A DNA stretch of 47,675 nt, counting the filler, from Porpidia crustulata (lineage: Eukaryota): assembly GCA_964255105.1 (NCBI GenBank). It is 2 parts of 2 records of this genome, joined end to end, with 100 filler letters (N's around TTAATTAATTAA, not from the genome) between each part and the next. Parts side by side here need not be neighbours in the genome. Positions count along the whole stretch, not along the records: positions 23,907 to 47,675 come from CAXUWE010000068.1; 1 more part is not named here. One strand, written 5' to 3'. The position numbers and the translations under genes were made by a program. Positions 23,907 through 34,344 of the stretch are shown here, piece after piece. The notes under the pieces were generated by a model. That model did no database searches. It saw only the letters and a program-made list of their open reading frames with translations, and was not told where the DNA came from. Position 1 is the first letter of the stretch. Every line of letters begins with the position of its first letter.

Positions 23907-26710
23907 GTATCAAATTTGACTGTAGGTGCAAAGGTGTCCTCGTAGTCAACACCATAGACCTGGGAAAATCCACGAGCAACTAGTCTTGCCTTCAGCTTGT
24001 CCAGGGAGTCATTCGCGTGCGTCTTAGGCTTGAAAACCCATTTGCTCGTGACGATATTACAGTCTCGTGGTGGAACCACTTCCTCCCACGTTCCGTTACT
24101 GGCCAGAGCCTGGAGCTCAGCTTGAATGGCCTCTTTCCACAACTCCCCCCATTTGGGATCTCCCACTGCTTCTTGATACGTAGTGGGAGTGGGGACGGTG
24201 TAGCCGGCTGAAAAGGCTGTTTCGTTGCGGACGTACTCGCTCAGGTTCTCCGTCACCATACCCATCATAGCGTGTATGATTTTGGTGTGGCGATCATCTG
24301 GCAAACTGTCGTCGTCGTCTCTTTTCCGTTTAGGGACTTCCACATGGAGGAAGGTCCTGACGATAGGGGCAGGTGCTGACATAGGGTTCTGAGGATCATT
24401 GTTCTCATCGGGGACTGTTACAAGTGTCGCAGGATCTTTGTATTCGGGACAGTCAGCGTCTTCGGAACCATTGTGGGAAATCGCAGGCCCAGGCTGGTGA
24501 GTTCCAGAAGAATCAGGAACGACGTTCATTGAACTCGCAGGTACGTTTATTGAACCTTTAGGCACGTTCAATGAACTTGGTGTGGGCTGAGAGACAGATA
24601 TAGGAACAAACGGAATGGCTGTGACATCTTTCCTCGGCCGACCAACTGATCGTCGTTCTGGCAGTACATTCATTGTCTGTTTGCTCAGATTAAGATCAAT
24701 GTCACCTCCTTTCTCGTTCTCGGAGAACTTGACTGCATGGCTCTTGATGATGCGCTTTAGATCAGGAGCCCACATATGGTATTGACTGGTGGTTTCTTCA
24801 ACGTATCCAGTGAATACTCCCACTCTTCCTCTATCCATGAACTTGTCCTTCCGTCCATCTTGAGGCAGAGACTTTGGATCCACGTAGGAATAGCACTTGC
24901 ATCCCCATACACGTATATGGTCAACCGATGGCTTAGATCCAGTAAATGCTTCTTCGGGGCTTGAAACCGCCCCGGCAGTTTTAGGTCCGACAGCAGTACG
25001 ATTACGCAGGTAGGCGTTTGTCTCGGCTGCTTCCACCCAAAATTCGATAGGCAGGCCGGCGTCTTTGATCATCGAGGGACAGCATTTTCAGTGGTTCGAA
25101 TAGATCTTTCGGCCACACCATTCTGAATTGACATGTATGGGACAGTATACTCTGGTACCACTCCAAAGGATGAACACCAGCCATCCAGGACAGATTTCAG
25201 TTCCGTAGCGTTGTCGCTTCGTACAGACATTACTTTGGCTCCTGTTTGGAGTTCCACTTGCAGGCGCCATTTGCGGAGAGCGTCTGGTGCATCCTCTCGA
25301 CGATTAAGCGCAAGGGTCCACACCTTTCTTGAGTGGTTGTCGACAATCTCAAGGAAGTACGAATAGCCGTCTCGGGATAATGGGAGGGGTCCGCACACAT
25401 CGATGGATACCAAGGCGAGGATGAAAGCTTTCCGTTCACTAACAGTATGCCCTCTTCTGTTCAGGAATTTGGTGAGGGCGCAGACTTCACAGACATCATT
25501 GTCATCATGGACAATCGGAATTGGCTTCTCCAAAGTGGTCACTTTATGGAGCTCACTGAGTTTGGCAGAGCCGAGGTGAGCAAATCGCCTGTGCCACAGT
25601 TTGTACAAATCAGAACAATGTCGTCTGTAGGTGACATTGTCAGGGCGATGTTGCCCATGGGTGACATTGTTGGCTGTGGGTGGTTCTTCAGATGTCACAG
25701 GCAGAGTGTCAGCAGAAACATCGTGGGAGCTCGCAGGCCCAGGCTGGTGAGTTCCAGTAAGGACAGGAACAGTGTTCATTGAACCTTCGGATATGTTCAC
25801 TGAACCTTTAGATGCGTTCAATGAACTCGCAGGCCCAGGTTGGTGAGTTCCAGCAGGGTAGGCCTGTTCCGGACGGAGTCCTGTGGTTAGCACATCATGA
25901 TATAGCATGGCTGCCAGTGCGAATTCGTCGAGTCCCTTTGCAATGTGATTGACTATGTAGACTCCCCCATGTTCGCGTGCTTCGATTGCCAGGTTTCCGT
26001 GTCTATCATGCATGTACAGAGCTTTCTCATCGAAACTCCCTCGTAGGCCCTTCCCACACATCCGCTTTCCAGACAAGAGGTTGACACCAAGCTGAGGCAC
26101 ATAAAGCACAGAAGACAAAAGAGCAGAATTCCCGGCCTGATCACACATCCTGACTGTTCCGCAGTAATCTGCGTGCAATCTCCCCCCACCGACCTTAATG
26201 TACCGCCTCTTAATACGAGTTAAGGGAGTACTGAAGAGTCGGTGTTGGTCAGTCATGTGTGACGAGGCGCCGGAGTCGGCCACCCAATCAGATCTGGGGA
26301 CCTTACTGGCTTGCTCCTTGGACAAAGCGGCGGTGTCGTCAGCGTAGTCTTCGTCAGGGTCGCTTTCCGCGCTGTCAGACGATGAGACCTCATCGGCTGC
26401 GTACCCACGCTGATGTTTCAGATGCTTTGCGTATTTGCCTTTGCCCACGCTCTTTCCTTTACTCTTGGCTACCAGCTGAGAGGCTATACCGCGTATTTCC
26501 TCGAGAAATTCGCATTCTCGCATGCGGTGAGCCTCATCGCATATAAAGCATCGTAGGCGACGAGTAGGCTTGGTAGTGTGATGGCGTCTATTATCGGCAG
26601 GGGACACCGAAGTCTTTCTGGCTGTTCCAGTCTCTCGTGGTCTGCCAGCATAGAAGGCGGCATTGATAGCCTTCAACTGAGCCTCCTTATCTTCGAGTCG
26701 TTTGATTCCT
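23907..26710 (-). mobile_element. Ty1/copia LTR retrotransposon gag-pol fragment, 5'-truncated and frameshifted
   Basis: Zinc knuckle CFICDEAHRMREC, protease WVADSGASSHM, LWHRRFAHLG and CEVC, integrase (IDVCGP, VRSDN, QNGVAERS), then the RT start (SKWVFK, KARLVARGFSQVYGVDYEDTFAP). PR-IN-RT order is copia. Frameshift near 25075; cut by the gap. Confidence 0.95.
24473..25853. repeat. Internal ~105-bp duplication in the copia element (24473-24577 and 25723-25827, partial third copy 25827-25853)
   Basis: TCGCAGGCCCAGG(C/T)TGGTGAGTTCCAG at 24481, 25731 and 25827. Each full copy has three GTTCAnTGAAC-type palindromes at 21-bp period. Confidence 0.9.
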
Positions 26711-27224
26711 ATTTGAATCACCATCTTATATATAAATGAGGGTTGTTGCACTCGAACATTCAATGCTCTGGACACTGCCTCGGTGACGGTTGAATACTAC
26801 ATAATCATTAAGACATCCAGCTTAATTGTTCCAAGAGAACCCCGCCCCTCGCACATGGCTTGTCGCTGTTAAAAATTATTGACGTACGAGGAGTCGTATT
26901 TGCCCACGTTACGACATGCTAAGGTTGAGAGCGGCTGGATTATCACGCTAAAAGCGGACATATCCGCGCAGCGACAACCTTCTGGCAATGGGCGAACGTG
27001 GCATCTTCTATCTTTGCTCCAAGCGAAACCGGGCGTAGCCTGTAACATGCGCAAGGTAACGGAGCAGGGTTTTCATGCGTATCATTGGCCGAAACCTTTC
27101 TCCTCCCGCGTCTGCCTCGTTCCGATGGTCTAAGCACGCAGCCTTACCGCGCAGCCTCACCACGTAGCCTCAACACGCAGCCAGGTTTTGCAGCCTGATT
27201 TTGCGACACAGTCACTAGCGTACG

Positions 27225-29131
27225 ATGTCACCAATCGGTATCACTTTCGGCACACCGACCAATCCTAGATTCCAATGGTTTGATAGCCTCAAGGGTCTTG
27301 CAGACAAAGAACTTGACGAGATCGCTGTTCATTGTCGTAGCGCGACGGCTGCTATTTTCACTGAGCTTTCGGACCGGCGTAACCCTTGGAAGGACCGGAC
27401 CTTGGAGGGCTATCACGATATGCTTCTTAAAACTGCCAATGAAATTAATAGAAAAGGATTGACCAACGAGAATGAGCTTTACCTGAATAACTTATATACA
27501 TATCTGGCAGGGCCAGATGACGCTCGCATTGAAATCAAGGTGGTAAGGCAATTTCTATGGCTCGTCTCAAGAGTCATAGGTTGGTCCTATGCACTCTTAA
27601 TACTTTGCACCCTGGGCAAGCACAAACTGCAGAAACTCGATGAAGATCGACGTGTAAAACTGGTCAAACATATCACCCAACACCGTGGCTCGCTCTTCTG
27701 TCCTATACTTGAGGATAAAGCGGTTCGTTGCAACCTTCACCAAATACGTATGACTATACCTCCCTATCTTGTTACGTCTATTGAACTATTGCAGATATGA
27801 AAGTGGACCCTCCACTCACAAGAGGCCGCAAAAAGCGGAAGCGCAACAGCAGCGAAGACGCCGCCGTTGATGGAACGGCTCCAGTACTGGATGGTGAAGG
27901 GAAGGACACAAAGCACCACTCTGACAGCGAACATTGTCTCCGCAGAAGTCGCACTCCTTGAATCTCGTACGTGACCGAGGGAGTCAGCTCGTCAACTCCA
28001 TCCCATCTATCAATTCCATATGTGGATGCCATTGAATTCGCCCGATTTGACTCAAAGGACCGTGATCGAGCAACCCCCCCACAGGTTGTTAGCCTTGATA
28101 AGACAATGATGAGTCCCACCCACCCTTTTTTAAAATGACTGACTTGTGCAGATGCCGATACGACCTCTCTACTTCAAAGTACCTCTGGGCAGCGCAAACG
28201 TGGACAAAGGGACAAAAAAGCCCCCTCCATCGCGTGGACCGATAGAGCGTCGGCCTCCTACAACACAAGTAGTCCACGCAACATCCGCCACATATCTCAA
28301 CAAATCGAGAACGAAGTCCAAAAAGGGGCAAATCAGCGCAACTCTTACCACGGTAGCGAAGTCAACGTCTTGCCCATGCTCGAGACTCGCAGCGATATTC
28401 TCACGCCTGTTTCGAATACACGAAGATTCCAGGCTTTCAGCCGCAAGGTGAGCCCAGATATTGGCGGTCGCAATTCCTTGGTTGAGGCATCTGCATATTC
28501 CGGGTATGCAAACGTACTTCAAACTAGTGATCTAGAGTCAAGCAAAGGACTCTGAACCTTCTCCAATCAAGCATATACATACAGTACTACGGGTCTGGCA
28601 AGGGAAGACAGTTTCAACCGACTCTCAGTTCCACTGTGCCAGAGACCATACGGTGAAAACATACCAGGACTACAGAAAAGAAAATCAGCGGCGGAGGCAT
28701 CGCCGAGGAAGCCGCAGAGACCAGAAACGGGGCTTGTACAGAGGCCATGCCTTCGCACGCCCCGATCACGCGCCGAAGAGGAACAAGCTGCTGATAGTCA
28801 TTCTTCAGCACGCGACACAAGATTATCTTCGTTTCAGAGCGACAGCTTCGCTTCGACATCATCAACAACGAAGAGTCAACAATTTTTAACGTTGAATCGT
28901 ATCAATTATGAGATGATCGAGCAGTCTGTGACGAGCGCGCAAGATCTGAATCAATCATACAATTTATAGTCTGAAACAAATCAATCGAAACAAAAAATGT
29001 CATCGAAATTATTAATGCGAGAGAGACAGCAGCAAAGTCAAGAATTCGTATCGTATTTTATTAAAGACACTTGACTCATCTTTACGACATCGATATCTAC
29101 AGTCTCATTCGTCGACAAAAAATTTGTTTTC
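27225..29131 (+). pseudogene. Uncharacterised spliced gene with helical N-terminal domain and KKRKR NLS, decayed toward the 3' end
   Basis: Clean first exon of ~174 codons, canonical intron 27748-27794, exon 2 HMKVDPPLTRGRKKRKR, in-frame TGA at 27959. Further frame segments with stops run up to the LTR-like element. Confidence 0.6.
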
Positions 29132-29282
29132 TGTTGAGATATATGATGGGCTGACTTAGGGTGAAAAGGGTTGTGGATTGAGTCGGTCTAGCTACGTGTC
29201 TATATATCGGAGGTCAGGTGATCTTACTAGCGTAAGCACCCCGAACACCTAGTCGTAGGACCTAGATGCTCTGTTTTCAACA
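29132..29282 (+). mobile_element. Solo-LTR-like remnant (151 bp)
   Basis: Bounded by the inverted termini TGTTGA...TCAACA, with an internal TATATAT box. The flanking 5-mers (TTTTC / AACTG) do not form a target-site duplication. Confidence 0.6.
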
Positions 29283-29636
29283 AACTGTTACATTGCCCTT
29301 TCAATAACAGATCCAGGGCGGGAAGGCCACGACGTACTAGCGCATCTGCCCGTACATGGTGGCCCTAGGATCAGATCCATTTGTAAATCTTTTCATGATG
29401 TTGTTTGGGAGCGTCCAGTGTGAATTTGAAGTTTTACGAACCTTACGAAGTTCATGGAAAAACCTCTTCCGGACCAAATAACGATAGCTAGGATCCAGTA
29501 TCTTGCTGCGTCAAATTCCTTGTTCAATCTTTTCTCTGCCTCATCAAAAGATTCCAATTGACTGACATTCATCTCGATACACCGTAAATACAAGTACTTG
29601 AAGATAATGCAATCCTGCTTCGCCTCATTAGACAGG

Positions 29637-30577
29637 ATGACGTCCGAATGCTGCATCTCCGGCTACCAATGGGATGGCAAGCCGGAAGGAAAAGAAACCA
29701 AATTGGCTTCGAATGACACCTACGTTGTTGGCTCGGAAAAAGACGTTGCGATCCTCTTGATCTACGACATCTACGGCTGGACGCTTCCCGATCTCCGGCT
29801 GCTGGCGGATCATTTCGTGAGAGAGGTGGGTGCGGTGGTTTATCTTCCTGACTTGTATGTCCCTTCCTATTAAATCTGTTTAATATTGCACCTCTGCCCT
29901 TATTCTGCCCCGGGTTGTCTGGGTTGCAAATGTTGACCGGCGTTTAGTTTCGCAGGAGAAGTAGTCACGCCCGACACCTTCGAGAGCGAAGAAAAGCGAA
30001 AGGCGTTCAATCTGCCAGGTTTCATCAAGCGTCACAACAAAGAGCTTCGCGGGCCTGAAATTTTCGCCTGCGCCAATTCATTGAAGGCGGACCAAGGGTT
30101 CAAGAAATTAGGGACGATTGGATACTGCTACGGCGGGTGGGCAGTCTTTCAGCTGGGCTCGAAAGGTAAACCTTCGGCTTTTTTGCTTAGGCCCCAACAT
30201 TACTTCCGGCACTCCCTACAAGACTCTGAATAAAATGTACAATGCTTACTACAGTTGACACAGAAAACAACCTCGTCGACGTCACCTCCACCGCCCACCC
30301 GTTCCTCCTGACGCGCGAGGAAATCGACGCCGTCGCCGTCCCCGTCCAGATCATCGCCCCCGAGCACGATCCGGCCTTGACCCTCGAGCTCAAGGCCTAC
30401 GCCAACACCACCATCATCCCGAGCCTGGGCGTCCCGTACGACTACCAGTATTTCCCGGGTGTGGCGCACGGGTTTGCGGCCCGGTGCAATCTGGAAAGCG
30501 GGAGCGAGAAGAAGGCTTTGGAGCGGGCGAAGAATGCGGCGGTAGGGTGGTTTAGGCAGTTTTTGAAGCTGGCATAG
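29637..30577 (+). CDS. Dienelactone hydrolase family alpha/beta hydrolase (AIM2-like), 3 exons
   Basis: MTSECCISG..G.PEG start, YDIYGW, nucleophile motif GYCYGG, AHP, APEHD, FPGVAHGFAAR. Introns ~29854-29947 and one starting at 30166. Confidence 0.9.
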
Positions 30578-30821
30578 ATTTTCTCCAGTGGTGGCTTCCC
30601 AACGGCTATGAAAAAAATGAAACGGTAGTGTATCTTTGTTTCTAGAGATTATGACAACAACGATAACATTGAACTCAATGAAGATATGACCATGAAAATG
30701 CTGGAGTCAAGAAAAAGGTATACTAAGCCTACGCTGCCTATATGGACTCACATGTTTTAAAGAACTAGGTTCCATTGAAGTTTCAATCACTCAACCATTT
30801 TGGTAACATCCAACCGGTTCT

Positions 30822-30859
30822 GTGAACTATGCTTGATCCATGAACTATGCTTGATCCAT
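30822..30859. repeat. 18-bp tandem duplication
   Basis: TGAACTATGCTTGATCCA twice in tandem. Confidence 0.8.
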
Positions 30860-33493
30860 GGACCATGCTAGAGCTATGAATCATGCTGTTCATGCTCCAG
30901 CCACAAGGGAAAGGTGAATAATGGAAATTGCTGAATGAAAATGATTCGATTGACTTTAATGCGAATATATAAATGTAGAAAGATCATGATCATGACGACA
31001 ACAATTGATTCCATTTGAAACATCACGATTGAATGTGACCGTGAGAATGCTTGATGGGATAGAACGGTTGAATGGGTATATTTTGATTTCAGAGATGATG
31101 ACACCGACAATGACAATAATGTTGAACTCATGCGGAGATACGACTTTCAAATGTGATCAATGCAAGCGGAGGTAAGCAATCGGCAATATCGTTTGGCAGA
31201 TATCTTAGGAAAGGTGGGAGGACATTGAATGGATTTGCAGGTTTAGGGTTACAATTTAGATGAAACCCTAGAACACGTGCGTGCTGTTGCGTCAAAGAAG
31301 ATTTTCTTTCTCAAGGCTGTCTTTGTCTTTGCCATTGTCATTGTCTTTGTTTTCGGCTGAGATGCAGAAACTCGAAAATCGCTATATTTCAAAATTAGTC
31401 ACTAACATTGCTGAACGCATTTCGAGATCAGACTTCCTTCTTCATTGTCTCGTTTTATGGTAGAGATAATGGAAAGACAAAGTCAATGATGACAGGATCA
31501 TGACAGACTCTTTTATCTCACCCAAATTTGTGTCTTATGGATTCATCAAGACAGAAGTATCGTTGGCGAAAAAGGATCGAGAATCGAAAACGCGCAGTGC
31601 GTTGCTATAAAGCAGTGGTAGACTGAATGAGAATACAGATATCTTGAATATAGGTACAGAGGATTGTGACTTACGCTCTCAATACGCTGTGCCACCTATG
31701 TTCACGAAAATTGTTTCAAGGCCTTACTTCCATCATTTTCTGACCTAAAATTGTTGTCGTGAGACTTATATAGCATTTGTTCTTCCAGTACGATTGTGTT
31801 AGTAAACCATGTCCTTCTCTTCCTGCTCCTCGGTCAATTGTTCTCTACTTTTTGTTCATGCATTCTTTTCCTAATTATTAAGATTCTCTCCCTTGTTTCA
31901 TACCTCATGATTACGAAATATACTGTACAGATGAGCAAGTAGACGGAATCTAAGGGCGGCGAATCTGCAAGTTTCATGCGTAATTTTCCGTAGTATGAAA
32001 ACACAAGAGAGGGCAGAACAGAAGGGAGGAACAGGAGACATTGCATAAAGGCTTCCTGATCTCCACACTCATTACAAAGTCTTGGCAGGATTCCAGCAGA
32101 GCCGAAAAAGAACAGGGACAAAGGCTTTGACACGTGGTGGATATGTGATTACTAGGAAGCCGGTATGTCAACAACGACAGCGTCGGCTGAGTCTGTGCAA
32201 CAAAGGCTTCGATATTGCTTTGATTTTTGTATGGCAGAAGAAAACAGACGGAAAATAACTTCGTCCGATTCTATTCTTGGTCCAGAACGGCGACGATTTA
32301 TTGTCTCCGTTCAGGAAGGAATACCTGGAGGCGCACTTGTAAGACTGGTCCCTTTGCAGCTCCTTTCTGGCATAAATTTGAAGAAGTCAACAGGAAGTCA
32401 AGAAGCAAACAGATCAAAATCAGTCAAATCTGAAAGAGTAAAGTTCATTGGAATGGCCATTAAAATGTCGTCTTCTGACATCCAGCAGCCGCAGCAAAAA
32501 CACTCACGTCCACAATCTCACCAGCAGACCCGCCCTGCGCCATCAAGGTCTCCGCCAACCCCTCACTGTCTCGTCCAAAAGTTCTCCAAAGGCGACATCC
32601 AATGTTGCCACTGCCGCAGCTTATTTGAACCGAGCGAGCCAGTTGTATACTGTTGTTTGTGTCGGGTGCGGGCATAGTTGATGTAGGCGATGTGTCGCAT
32701 TTTGAAAAATAAGTCATGGAAAAAGAGAGGGGGGGGGGCAAGTATAGAGATTAAGGAGGGAACATAATGAGGTGTGTGCACAGTTTGGCGATTGGACCAC
32801 TGGAAGGGTTTGGTCACGCCGAGGTAAAAATTGGTAATGGAGAAGGTTTAGGAGGTGGTCGAAAGGAAGGGGAGACTGGTTCACCTTCAACATGCTTGGA
32901 TTTGCGCATGGCCGCCGTGTAAGTGATCCTCATTTAATAGAAATATACTCCACTGTCAGAAAACTTAGTCGCTTCATGCGGCGGTATTCATGCGATATGA
33001 AAGAGTCGGACATAGACACCACTCTTTTGCAACCACAAATTCAATCTCGCAGAGTCAATACTTCCACGACAGTTCCTCCAACGCGTCTCACTTACGCGCC
33101 TTACTTTAGCCCAAACCTTCCGTCACTCAGTCACGTGACTTGCAACCAGCTTCTCTTTCCGAAAGACCACGGAAAGTGTTCCCCTTACCAGATCGGAAGT
33201 AGAACTCTCTCCCAGTCTGACGCAACGTACGAGAGTGAAGGGACGCAAAATCCGGAAAACAACGCAGTGTTTCTGCGAAAGTACAGCGGAGAAGAAAGAT
33301 TACGGTCATGACGTAATTTCAATGTGGCAGCCTTCGTCATTTAGGATGGGATGGGATGGGATCTATGCTGTTGCCTCGAATCTCTTCTTGATTAATATAT
33401 GAGAGAGTGTTGAGTCGCAGCAATTGGCTATACTACCTTTCTTTTGATATTTGACACCAAACTTCGATATCACCGTCGAAGTTCATCATCATC

Positions 33494-34018
33494 TTGCCAG
33501 AACCACTCACCAAGTTCGAAGTAAACTCCAACACCAACCCCTCGGTGGCCAAAAAATGGGACGACACGACCCCGAAATTTGAATAAATCACCGAATTCTA
33601 CAAGACCGTCGACGGCCTCCAAATCGGTCTGCTCACCACCTTGCGCGCCGGCATCGGCCCCGTCTCCCGTTCCATGCACGTGGCCAAACGCTCGGGACCG
33701 GACTTCCTCTTCCTCGCCAACGTGCACTCGCGCAAATTCGCCGACCTGGCCGCCGATTCGACGGCGCAGGTCACGTTCCAGAATAGCTCGAGTCAGGATT
33801 GGGTCAGCGTCAGCGGGACCGCAACGACGGCCAGTGCGGACGATCCCCGTATTGGGGAATAATACAGTAAAGGGACGAGTGCGTGGTTTAGGGTTTTGGG
33901 CGACGGAGTGCACACGGGTACGGCGGAGGATAAGCACATGGCGCTTATCGAGGTCAAGGCGAAGTATGTGTCGTATTGGAAGAGCACGAGGACGAGCGTG
34001 GGTTTTGTCAAGGAGGTC
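33494..34018 (+). pseudogene. BLI-3 / pyridoxamine-5'-phosphate-oxidase-like (split-barrel, general stress protein 26-like) pseudogene
   Basis: (L)PEPLTKFEVNSNTNPSVAKKWDD..IGLLTT..PVSRSMHVAKR..DWVSVSGTA..DPRI..AWF..LGDGVHTG. TTG at the expected start, TAA at 33584 and 33860, C-terminus lost. Confidence 0.8.
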
Positions 34019-34344
34019 CCTATTCTTCCCTGTCGGCTCGACCTCGAAACTTGAGTATGGATGAGGCTATGCTGAGCTGTGAAGTAGATGTTTCCGGTCC
34101 AGAAGGCGTCCATCTATTCCGTTGTCTATAGTATAAAGGTAGGATACTTCGATCCAGTGTTTCAATCACGTCCTCTTCCTTTAGACTTCCACAGTTCATC
34201 TGCTCCGCCCATCTTCCCCTTGGATGAAACCCTTGCTGAGCACCGACGTATATAAATGTCCTCGGACTTGCAAGACCCCAAGGACACCATGTATAATATG
34301 TTTTGGATATCCATCATTTAAGTTCGCCTCGCTCGAAAATGAGC

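Noticed and set aside
24524..25826. Palindrome-spacer arrays as CRISPR-like
   Set aside because: 11-bp repeats with 10-bp spacers inside a eukaryotic retrotransposon ORF, and no cas genes.
29132..29282. LTR-like unit as the cognate 5' LTR of the copia at 23907-26710
   Set aside because: No PBS or gag adjoins it and 2.4 kb of unrelated sequence intervenes; the link cannot be shown.
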